From Anolis carolinensis (taxonomy: Eukaryota): 64,000 bases of DNA. The translations under genes were made by a program, and so were the position numbers. Shown in pieces: positions 12,387-25,004 of this stretch. Where the stretch lies: contig NW_026943818.1 in the NCBI RefSeq assembly GCF_035594765.1, positions 15,570,229 to 15,634,228 on the forward strand, in the 5' to 3' direction. How positions within the stretch are numbered: the stretch's first letter is position 1; each line of letters starts with the position of its first letter. The notes under the pieces were generated by a model. That model did no database searches. It was not told the DNA's origin and saw only the letters and a program-made list of their open reading frames with translations.

Positions 12387-12880
12387 GGGCCACTGAATCC
12401 AGTATCCCAATATTGCCTACGCTCTGGATTCTAGTCACGAACTTTACAGGATTGGAAAGCGGCTGAAGAAAAAAGGGAGGAATGAAAAAGTGATGGAGAA
12501 GAAGAAGAAGAGGAAGAGGAATGAGAGGAAGAATGCCTCCTTGCTCTGCATGGCCGGGGCCCTTGACCGCCGACCCCTTGACCGCCGACCCCTTGACCGC
12601 CGACCCACCTGGGCCCAGGTCATGTTGCAGATCTCCTCGGTGGCGTCTTCCAGGTCCTTCGGGGAGGCCACGCGCCTCTTGGTCACCGACTGGAGAAAGT
12701 CCACCGTGTAGAAGAAGGCCGAGAAAGCCTGCGGGAACCGATGAGTTATTGTTATTATATTGCATCACTCTGGTTTTCATGTATTTTATCAGGTCAAAGA
12801 TGTTGGTTTTAACATGTATTTTCCTTTGCCACCTGCCAAGTTGTCTTTTGGGGAGATGGAGGCGGGATAGAAAAATAAAG

Positions 12881-12927
<47 letters not shown>

Positions 12928-15645
12928 GGTCCAAGGATGACTTGCGAGACTTTTTGCAACAGCATTCATAACCTTGCATGCTATACTGTCTCTGTCCACT
13001 AGGGGGGGAACTAGTTGCATAGATCCTAATGCAGGCAGGGGACAATTTTTGGATTCCTAATTGTGGGAGTTGTAGCCTAAAACACCCGGAGGCAGCGCCC
13101 AAATTTGGCCATAAGAAGTCTTTGGCATCTTCAAGCCCAGAGGAGCCCTTCCCGAAGGCTGACCCATGCATTGTAAGGGCTGAGAGGAAATCCCAGGAGC
13201 CGCACTCTGCACATGCCCAGAGGAGCCCTTCCATGCATTGCAGGGGCCGGGATGGGATCTCGCTCTTTGCACATGCCCAGAGGAGCCCTCCTTAAACCTG
13301 ATGCATGCACTGTAAGGGCTGGAGGTGAACCCTGCACTCTGCACATGCCTAAGGGAACCTTTCCTGAAGGCTGACCCATGCATTGTAAGGGCTGAGAGCG
13401 AATCCCAAGAGCTGCACTCTGCACATGCCCAGAGGAGCCCTTCCTGAAGGCTGACCCATGCCTTGCAGGGGCCGAGAGCGAATCCCAAGAGCCACACTCT
13501 GCACATGCCCAGAGGAGCCCTCCTTAAACCTGATGCATGCACTGTAAGGGCTGGAGGTGAACCCCGCACTCTGCACATGCCTAAGGGAACCTTTCCTGAA
13601 GGCTGACCCATGCCTTGCAGGGGCCGAGAGCGAATCCCAAGAGCCACACTCTGCACATGCCCAGAGGAGCCCTCCTTAAACCTGATGCATGCACTGTAAG
13701 GGCTGGAGGTGAACCCCGCACTCTGCACATGCCTAAGGGAACCTTTCCTGAAGGCTGACCCATGCCTTGCAGGGGCCTAGAGGGAATCCCTAGAGCTGCA
13801 CTCTGCACATGCCCAGAGGAGCCCTTCCATGCATTCCAGGGGCCGAGATGGAATCCCGCACTCTGCACATGCCCAGAGGAGCCCTTCCTTAAACCTAATG
13901 CAGGCACTGCAGGTCCCGCACTCTGCGCGCGCCCAGGGGGCCGTTGCCACTCACGATGAATCTCCCGGTGACGTTGGGCAGGGCGGTCCCCGCGAAGTCC
14001 TGGGAGGCCAAGAGCCGCGCGGCCTGTTCCCGGCACTGCCCGGCGTTGCCCGACCCGCTCATGTTGACGAGGGCGGAGGGGAAGTAGTTGGGGGGCCGCA
14101 GGGGGGCCGTGCAGGGGGAGCCGAAGACCGACTCCATGGGGAAGCTGCGGGAGAAGCCCCTCGGCCAGCAGGGGTTGGACAGCGCCAGGCGGAAGGAGGA
14201 CGCCTGCGGAGGGAAGAGATCCATAAGGCAGGGCCCCTGCGGGGTTGGCCCCCTCCAACACACTGCAGAGTCTTGGTCAGCGCCGGCAGAGATTTAGTAG
14301 CACAGCCCCTGACCCAAAGTTCCAAGACCAAAAGTTAGCTTGAAATCAACAAGTGAGGTCACAGGGATCACTTGTGCCAAAGTAGGTGTGGAAGGCGAGG
14401 AAGACCCTCAGCCATTGGTCAATTTCAGATAAGCCAAAGGTATAAGAAAATAAAGTACACATATGCATCAGACTTAGAAGAAAATTACCTGAAAATGCTG
14501 CCCCGCTGGTATAGGACCCCTGCAAAACTGGGTAGATTGTACCAGAACATGGACAATAAATGTTGGAAATGTAAGACAAATGAAGGTACATTCTTCCACT
14601 TATGGTGGACATGTAAAAAAAAAAGCAGATTTTTGGAAAATTATCCATGCTGAATGTCAAAAAATCATCTTTCCCAATGAAACCGGAATATTACTTATTG
14701 GGTATGTTTGATTTGGAATTATTTGCAGATCGGAATTTGGACAAAATATTTACTTTTTTAACAACAGCAGCAGCGAGAATAGTGGAAGTTGGATACCACT
14801 CCAGAATTGAAAGACCGGATTATCAAAATTATGGATATATAATTTTGAAATATATGAAATGTGCCAAAGTAGGTGTGGAAGGTGAGGAAGATCCTCAGCC
14901 ACTGGTCAGTTTTAGATAAGCCAAAGGTATATAATCTTTGTTTGCTGCGACAAGCTTGGGCGACGGACATTTGCATAGTCCGGACCCCTTAAAAGTGGGT
15001 TTGTAGGAGAGGAGACCCTTGGGTGCTGACCTTGAGGAGGTGGCCGAGGAGCCTCTTGAGGACCTGGTCGCGGCCAAAGCAGAGGAAGCTGTGGGTGAAG
15101 ACGCGGAAGCGCTGGCTGTAGAGGCGGAGGGGCACCGCGGGGGCGGCCGGGTCCGGCGTCTCGAAGGTGATCTGCGTGGAGGCCCCGCCCAGGTCCAGCG
15201 CCCCCGCCGTGGCCCGCTTCGGCCGCACCCACCGGCCCACCCAGCCGTACTGGAAAGAGAGGGGGCAAAGGTCACCGCCAGGGGAAGGTCAAGTTGTGTC
15301 CGACTCTCCATTTCTCAGCCAAAGAGCCCGCCTTGTCCACAGACACCTCCAAGGTCACGTGGCCGTGGGCATGGCTGCATGGAGCGCCAGTGCTACCTTT
15401 TCGCCGGAGCGGTACCTATTGATCTACTCGCATTTGCATGTTTTCGAACTGCTAGGCTGGAAGAAGTTGGGGCTAACAGTGGGAGCTCACCCCGCTCCCC
15501 GGATCCAAACCACTGACCTTTCATTCAGCAAGTTCAGCAACTCAGTGGTTTAACCCGCTGTGCCATCAGGCGCCCAATATTAGTAAACTCAACACTAAAA
15601 TGTTAGTATTATTAAGCCCAATGCTATATTTTTGTTATTATTATT

Positions 15646-15683
<38 letters not shown>

Positions 15684-18025
15684 TATCATCACTAAACCCA
15701 CACTAAAATATTATTAAACCCAATTTTAAAATATTATTAGTATATTAGTATATTATTAGTATTGAGCCCCTACTAATAATATTTTATGATTATTTTTCGT
15801 GGATTTTTTGTGAATATTTCTTTGAATAATTTTATGATTATTTTTCTGAATATTTCTGTGAATTATTTCATGGTCATATTTCGTGGATATTTTTGTGAAT
15901 ATTGTACATGTGGTATTGATGGTCATATTGTAGTGTGTCACAGTGTGATAGTGATAGTAATACACTATTATAATTGTGTATTGTGTGTTGGTGTAGCGCA
16001 GTGTGGTGGTGTATGGTGCTTATGTTGTGCTATACCAGTAATGTAATGTATTGTATGTACTACCTATAAGCCGCCCTGAGAAGGGCGGGATATAAATGTC
16101 GCTAATAAATAAATAAATAGAAAATAAATATTTCTGTGAATTCTTTCTGAATATTTCTGGGACTATATTTTTGTGAATATATTTCTGAATATTTCTGTGA
16201 ATAAATGCATGATTATTTCTGTGAACATTTCTTGTGACTATTTTTCTGACTAGCTGTGCCTGGCCACGCGTTGCTGTGGCGAAGTAAGGTGGAAGGGCCT
16301 TGAGTCTACACTGCCATATAATCCAGTGCAAATTAGATAATCTGTGGAAGAAGCCTAAGTGAGGCCTAAATCTGCCTGTCCCCTAACTGAACCCTGGCTG
16401 TCCCTTGGCTGAGTTGGTTACTAGGAGACCAAGTGGGCAGATATTAGCCCTCTAACCTGGCAGCAATTGGATAAAAAAATTATTGCTCTCCCACTAATTA
16501 GGAATTTATTTTTCTTTTCTTTTTGTTGTATCCACCTAGAGGTGTGGATGATGGGTTGTGTTGTCAAATTTCGAGGTTGGGGGGCCTGTAGTTTTGTTGT
16601 TTTGTGGGTCGCCGTGATGCCATCACTCATTTATATATATAGACTAGCTGTGCCCGGCCACGCGTTGCTGTGGCAAAGTGGTGGTGGTATTGGTTAAAAA
16701 TTGTTGTGTAATTTTTATTTGACGTTATTTGCATTTTTTAAAATTAATTTTATTGTAAATTATATTTTTATTTATTATATTTTATTATTTTCTTGTATTA
16801 TTTTTAGTTATTTTCTGTTATTATAGTATTTTATTGTATCAATTTTTTAGTGTTTTTTATTATTTTTATTGGGTTGCTAGGAGACCAAGTTGGAGGAGCT
16901 TAGCCTTCTAACTGGCAGCTATTGGATAAAAACTATTATTCCTCTCCCTGTAATTAGGACTTTATTTTTCTTTTCTTTTTGTTGTATCATCCTAGAGGCG
17001 TGGATGATGGGTTGTGTTGTCAAATTTCGAGGTTGGGGGGCCTGTAGTTTTGTTGTTTTGTGGGTCGCCGTGATGCCATCACTCATTTATATATATAGAT
17101 TGACGGACATGTTAAGGTCCCGAAGGGATGCGTGTTGCGTGTTGCGTGTGTGCTGACCTTGACGAAGTTCTCCATCAGGTAGTTGGCGGTGACCCAGCCG
17201 AAGAGGCCTTCCTCCTCCCCGCTCAGGATCCGGGCCCCACGGAAGTCAAAGGGGGTCTCGCGCAGGGCGGACGACACCGCCTCCAAGACACGCTGCGTGG
17301 CCCCGGGGTCCGTCAGGCTGGGAAAAAAGGAAGGAATGTTGTGACTCAGCAACAGCATAGCCAGAGTGAGGATGAAGAAGGGGATTCTGGGTTTCAGATA
17401 CAAGAGCCAGATGATGGGATGCAGGGTGAATTTCAGGACGATGCCATGGGGATGGGAATCGCACCGGCTGATTCCGAGGCTCGAGAAATGCCGCTTGAGC
17501 AGAATGAACTGTTGACCCAGCCGGCCTTAGATAGCAGCCAGGATGACATTCCCGTTAATGAGCAAGAGATGTCTCAAGCCCCGGTGTCTCCAGCCCCGGT
17601 TCAGGTGCAAGATAACGAGGACCTTGAAGGGGCCCCATCATTATCTAGGGCAGACCGGTTGTTATGGAAGGGAGTTCAGCCTCGTAGGAGTGTAAGGTTG
17701 GCGGGGAAGAGAGAGGCCTCCACGGGAAAGAGAAATGCATTCTTGGGTTGCTTTTAAAACTGTGTGTTTTGAGATAGATTTTTGTCAAAGCTACTTCTCA
17801 CTTCATCTAAGTGAAATTATCCACTATTGCAACCTCATTGTTTTTAATTCGATGTTTTAATACCGTGTTGTGGGTTTTTTTTTTTCTTTTTCGGTTGCTG
17901 TGTATATATTATTACTGGTTTTGTTCTCTGATGTTTCATATTTGATTTTGTTTTGTTTTGTATCCGATTTTGCTGTAAGCCGCCCCGAGTCCCCTTCGGG
18001 GGAGATGGAGGCAAGATATAAATAA

Positions 18026-18076
<51 letters not shown>

Positions 18077-21000
18077 GTTCCTGCTTCATGCCTACGAGAA
18101 GTTTCCTGTTCCTGGATCTTGGTAACCTTTGGGCCTTCGTTCTTTGGGATCTATGTCTATTGTTTTGGCTTATGAACTATTGGATTCCTATTGACTCTTT
18201 TACTGCAATTCTGAAAACCTTATAACTGCCTGCTTTGATATATGCTTGCCTTTGCTCAATAAAACTACAAAAGACTTCCTTCTGTGTGTGACTATGTGAT
18301 CATCATAGTAATAGTGCCAGTATTTCAGTCCCAAAGTGTCTTGCTTCCCGCCATGGGGATGATGGGTGTGCCTACTTGAGCAGGCGCATGCCGGCGGTGG
18401 CGCCCAGGTGGAGCGGGGTCTCGGCGTGCCTCTCGGCTGGGACGGCGGCCTTGGCTTGGTCCAGGCAGGCCTTCAGGCTCGAACCGGCCGCCGGGGGGTT
18501 GTCCGCGTAGCTGGAGATGCCCCCGCCTGCAACACAAGGAGGCCGAATTCAGCAGAATTGGACGTCCGACCAACCAGCCAACTGACGGATCTGGACCAAA
18601 CTTCAGGGATATCGCCTATCATCCCAAAACAAACAAGGCCTTCTTCTGATAACCCAGGCACCGCCGGGTCACAAGGCTAGCATCTTATAAAATCTACCCT
18701 TTAGTAAATTCCCCTTGCGGCTATTTTTAAAATCCACATTGTCCANNNNNNNNNNNNNNNNNNNNNNNNNNNNNNNNNNNNNNNNNNNNNNNNNNNNNNN
18801 NNNNNNNNNNNNNNNNNNNNNNNNNNNNNNNNNNNNNNNNNNNNNNNNNNNNNNNNNNNNNNNNNNNNNNNNNNNNNNNNNNNNNNNNNNNNNNNNNNNN
18901 NNNCTGCTCCATGCTGCCAACCTAGCAGTTCGAAAACATGCAAACGTGAGTAGATCAATAGGTACTGCTCCATGCTGCCAACCTAGCAGTTCGAAAACAT
19001 GCAAACGTGAGTAGATCAATAGGTACTGCTCCATGCAGTCATTCTGTACAGTGCAATTTATAATAATAATACCTAGCTACAACAACCGTGTGAAACCCTG
19101 TGAGCACGAGGACCGGAGCTCACCTTGCACGTCGCACATGCTGTGCTGGCTGACGATGCCGGTCTCGTTCTCCTTGTCGGCCGGCCATTGGTAGACGAAG
19201 AGTGCCGTGTGCGAGGAGCCCGCGTCCAGGACGATGCCGTACTGCCAGGAACAAAGACACACCGGGGAGGAGGAGTGAGGCCTCTGCCACTGGCTTTGGC
19301 TTCACAACATTGGCTAATATACAGGTAGATAGGAAGGTGGATGGACGGATGGATGGATACTAGGGTTGTCCAAAATTTCGTAATGATTCTTAATTCGGAT
19401 TGATTTCGGATTGTTCTTGCTTTTTGAACCGATTATTGAGACGTTTTCCCTGGGCGCACTGGCAATGTAATTCGAACCATCGTTGGCCCATTCTCTAATT
19501 GTGTCTTAATGTTTCGTTAAATTTCCCCCCCCCCCCCCCCAAGAAAAGGTAGGAAGGTAGACAGATAGAAAAATAGATAGATGGAGTGATAGATGCAAAT
19601 ATAGACAGGGTGTAAAGAATTCAGAGCTTAGGAGGCAAAGGTGCAGATTTCTGTCTAGAAAATCTCAAAAGGTTTATGTACAAAAACAATATCTACATTT
19701 CTTAATAGTAAATAACTGGGTCTGAGCTACTTTATAACTCCATTTTATACGTATAGACTTGCAAGTTTTACTATTTTGGTTGATGTGCTTTTATATAACC
19801 TTCATTAGACTGCATTGCTGATTTTACTTCGACTGAAGTGTGGTGGTTAAGTACTGAGGGGTTGCCTGGCCTGGAGTACAACATCCCTGCGTAAAAGCGG
19901 TACCTATTTATCTACTCACATTTCTGCTTTCAACCTGCTAGCTGGGCAGGTGAGCTGGGGCTGATGGCGGGTGCTCACCCCGACCCAGGCTCAAACTGCC
20001 AGGGTGGGTGCATGTTTTAGTGTTTTTTATTATTTTTTATTGGGTTGCTAGGAGACCAAGTTGGAGGAGCTTAGCCTTCTAACTGGCAGCAATGGGATAA
20101 AAGAAATTATTCCTCTCCCTCTAATTAGGACTTTATTTTTCTTTTCTTTTTGTTGTATCAACCTAGAGCTGTGGATGATGGGTTGTGTCATCAGATTTCG
20201 AGGTTGGGGGGCCTGTAGTTTTGTTGTTTTGTGGGTTGCCGTAATGCCATCACACTTTTATATATATAGATACTTTATTATTTTCTTGTGTTATTTTAGT
20301 TATTTTCTGTTATTATAGTATTTTATTGTATTAATCATTTAGTGTTTTTAATTATTTTTAGTGTATTTTATTATTTTTTATTGGGTTGCTAGGAGACCAA
20401 GTTGGAGGAGCTTAGCCTTCTAACTGGCAGCAATTGGATAAAAGCAATTATTCCTCTCCCTCTAATTAGGACTTTATTTTTCTTTTCTTTTTGTTGTATC
20501 AAACTAGAGGCGTGGATGAGAGGTTGTGCTGTCAATTTTCAAGGTTGTGGGGTGTTTACTTTTGTTGTTTTGTCCACTGCCGTGATGCCATCACTCTTTT
20601 ATATATGAATGATAGATGACAGAATGATAGACAGATGAATGATAGACAGAGATATAGGTATAGATGAATAGAAAGAAAGAGCTAGACACAGATATAGATA
20701 CAGAGATGCTACTGTTGTTGTTGTTACAGATACATTATTATTGTTGTTGTTGTCAGTATCCTGCTTCCTCTCTCTAAAAAGAGACTACTGGATAGATATA
20801 AATGAGATACAACCATTTGCAGCCATTGAATTAAACTCATCGCCTGCACTTTACATCATTGTAAAGTTGTATGTCGATAGTTTAAAAATCACGGAACGCG
20901 TGAGCCGGGAGGGACCCCAAAGGCCATCCAGTCCAGTGACAAAAGCCCTCCCGGCAGATGGCCATGCCGCCGCCACCACTGTAGGCAGGCCTGTGATGGC

Positions 21001-23526
21001 CTTTCGATGCAAAGAAAGCTCAGAGAGGTGTTTGTTGGGCCTTTTCCAAGCCCTCCCGTCCTTCTGACCATCTATGGGTTTGCAAGGCACCAACGCCGCC
21101 GTAAATAGATCTCCTTGCAGGCGAAAAAGGACGGCCTTTCCCTTGAAAGAGGCTCCTCCGTTGCAAGATGCGATCTGGAGGATGTTTAAGGTTATGATGA
21201 TGATGATTTATTGCTATTAATTATAATAACATATTATTACATCATATTACTATTATAATAATCTATATATATAAAAGAGTGATGGCATCAGGGCAGTGGA
21301 CAAAACAACAAAACTACAGGCCCCCCCAACCTCAAAATTTGACAATACAACCCATCATGCACGACTCTCGGTTGATACAACAAAAAGAAAAGAAAAATAA
21401 AGTCCTAATTAGAGGGAGAGGAATAATAGTTTTTATCCAATTGCTGCCAGTTAGAAGGCTAAGCTCCGCCCACTTGGTCTCCTAGCAACCTACTCAGCCC
21501 CGGGGACAGGCAGAGTTAGGCCTCACTTAGGCCTCTTCCACACTGCCTATAAAATACAGATTATCAGATTTGAACTGGATTATATGGCAGTGTAGACTCA
21601 AGGCCCTTCCACACAGCTATATAACCCATTTAGAATCTTATATTATCTGCTTTGAACTGGATTATCTTGACTCCACACTGCCATATAATCCACCTCATGA
21701 ATGGAGGTGGAGGTGGAGATGGAAGAGGAGATGGAGGTGGAAATGGAGGAGATGGAGATGGAAGAGGAGATGAAGATGGAGGAGATGGAGATGGAGGTGG
21801 AGATGGAGGTGGAGGAGGAGATGGAGATGGAGGTGGAGGAGGAGATGGAGGAGGAGATGGAGGTGGAGATGAGATGGAGGAGGAGATGGAGGTGGAGATG
21901 GAGGAGGAGATGGAGGAAATGGAGATGGAGGTGGAGATGGAGGAGGAGATGGAGGTGGTGGAGGAGATGGAGATAGAAGGCGCTATTCACTTGCTTGTCC
22001 AATATACCATTGTTTATGGCCACAAACTGTTCGTAGAACAAGAAAGTACAAGCGAGATGGGAAGATAGATAGATGTATAAATGGATGGAAATAAATAAAG
22101 ATGGACGGATGAATGGATTTTTGGGCGGAGGCACCAAAATACTATTCGCTTACACTTGAAAATTACCTAGGGCCGGCCCTGCTTAGAGACGTGTTATTCT
22201 CGCAATGGAAAGACTCCCCCGGACATAAGACTCAGGCTGTGTCTGCACCGTGGAACTGATGCAGCCTTGGCATCACTTGAAGGGCCGTCGTTCAATCCTT
22301 GGGAAGGAGGCAAGGCATGTCACACACTAACGGGAGCCTGGGATCTGTAGTTTAACGAAGGGCTGCTGGGGATGTCTGGCCAGAGAAGGGCCGTCCCTGC
22401 CGTCCTCCCTGAGCTGCAGGTGCGGATCCTGCTTGTTTGTCCCTTCCAAGCGCCCCTCCTTTCTCCCTTTCCTCCCCCCAGATGTTTGGGGACTCGGCCA
22501 GGCATTCTTTCCATAAACAGAGCCTTTCAAAGGAGGCCCTTCAAGGAGAGAAAGCAAGCACAATGGGCAGTCCGGAGAGGAAGAAGGCGAAAACGAATGG
22601 GGGTGGGCTAGGTGACCTCTGGGGACCCCTTCGTGTCTTTGGTCTAGGAAAGAACAACAACAAAAAGGTCCTGCAAAGGATGCATTTCCACGAACATTCC
22701 CTAAAAAGGGACCCCGAGTTCACCTCCGTGGGGAATAACTAACTAACAAAGGAAAGAGAACATGAAGTCACGTTTGGTTCGGAGTCAGGCTTGGCCGGAC
22801 TGCAGAAAACAGCCCTGGCGCCAAAAGAGCTTGGATGAATCTCCGTCCTGAAGAAGAGAGGAGGAAACACGGCCTCATTCTTCTCTTGAGACTCTCCCTC
22901 GTTTGGCCTCTTTCCATGACCTCTGGGTGCCCCAGGATCTCATCCAAACTGGATTATTTTATATATGATACTAGCTGTGCCCGGCCATGCGTTGCTGTGG
23001 CTTATGGGAATCCTTTGTTGGCCAGGTGGAGTAGCAGTGAATAGCCTTGCAGCCTCAAAGCCTGGCCGTTTTCTAGAGTAGCTGGAGCTTTTTGTTATAT
23101 GAACATAGAGGCATGGATGAGGGGTTTGTGCTGCCAAGTTTAGTGTTTCTGGGATGTGTCGTTTTCTTGTTTTGTCCTAGGCCAAAATTTCATATATATA
23201 TAGATACAGTAGAGTCTCACTTATCCAACATAAACGGGCCAGCAGAACGTTGGATAAGCGAATATGTTGGATAACAAGGAGAGATTAAGGAAAAGCCTAT
23301 TAAACATCAAATTAGGTTATGATTTTACAAATTAAGCACCAAAACATCATGTTATACAACAAATTTGACAGAAAAAGTAGTTCAGTACGCAGCAATGCTA
23401 CGTAGTAATTAATGTATTTACGAATTTAGCACCAAAATATCACGATATATTGAAAACATTGACTACAAAAATGCGTTGGATAATCCAGAACGTTGGATAA
23501 GCGAGTGTTGGATAAGTGAGGCTCTA

Positions 23527-23569
<43 letters not shown>

Positions 23570-24084
23570 GTATATACTCGAGTATAAGCTGAGTTTTTCA
23601 GCCCTTCTTTAGGGCTGAAAAAAGCCCCCCTCAGCTTATACTCGAGTGAGGATCCTGGTCAGCTTATATTCAGGTCGGCTTATACTCAAGTATATATGGT
23701 ACATTTATTATTTTTCCTATTATTATTATTATATTTATTATTTTACTCTAGTACAATTATTTCATGCATTATTTTACTCTGTTATTATTATTACATTTAA
23801 TATTTAACTCTAGTTATTATTGGACGCATACATAAGCGCATTTACATTGAAGGCAGTTAGAATAATGATTTAATCAGAGTTGGACACTTATCTTTAATTA
23901 TACTTTTATTTCACCTACTGATACCTGAATTCATGTAATTTTATTGGTATCTATTTTTATTTTGAAATTTACCAGTAGCGGCTGCATTGCCCACCCTCGG
24001 CTTATACTCAAGTCAATACGTTTTCCCAGTTTTTGTGGTAAAATTCGGTGCCTCGGCTTATATTTGGGTCGGCTTATCTTCGAG

Positions 24085-24139
<55 letters not shown>

Positions 24140-24243
24140 TACATCACACAGTCCTAGACACTTGGGAAGTGTTTGACTTGTGGTTTTGTGATACGAAATC
24201 CAGCATGTCTATCTTGTTTGCTGTGTCATAATAATAATAATAC

Positions 24244-24298
<55 letters not shown>

Positions 24299-24519
24299 TA
24301 CATCACACAGTCCTAGACACTTGGGAAGTGTTTGACTTGTGATTCTGTGATACGAAATCCAGCATGTCTATCTTGTTTGCTGTGTCATAATAATAATAAT
24401 ACAATAATAATAATAATAATAATATACATCACACAGTCCTAGACACTTGGGAAGTGTTCAACTTGTGGTTTTGTGATACGAAATCCAGCATGTCTATCTT
24501 ATTTGCTGTGTCATAATAA

Positions 24520-24553
<34 letters not shown>

Positions 24554-24824
24554 TCACACAGTCCTAGACACTTGGGAAGTGTTTGACTTGTGATTCTGTG
24601 ATACGAAATCCAGCATGTCNNNNNNNNNNNNNNNNNNNNNNNNNNNNNNNNNNNNNNNNNNNNNNNNNNNNNNNNNNNNNNNNNNNNNNNNNNNNNNNNN
24701 NNNNNNNNNNNNNNNNNNNNNNNNNNNNNNNNNNNNNNNNNNNNNNNNCACTTGGGAAGTGTTCGACTTGTGATTCTGTGATACGAAATCCAGCATGTCT
24801 ATCTTGTTTTCTGTGTCATAATAA

Positions 24825-24864
<40 letters not shown>

Positions 24865-24966
24865 TCACACAGTCCTAGACACTTGGGAAGTGTTCGACTT
24901 GTGATTTTGTGATACGAAGCCCAGCATGTCTATCTTGTTTGCTGTGTCGTACAATATAATAATAAT

Positions 24967-25004
<38 letters not shown>

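Noticed and set aside
13130-13930. GCACATGCCC as a p53 response-element array
   Set aside because: Only isolated imperfect half-sites about 60 bp apart, never paired
21570-22137. Glu/Met-, Gly/Asp- or His/Leu-rich ORFs
   Set aside because: Intronic simple repeat
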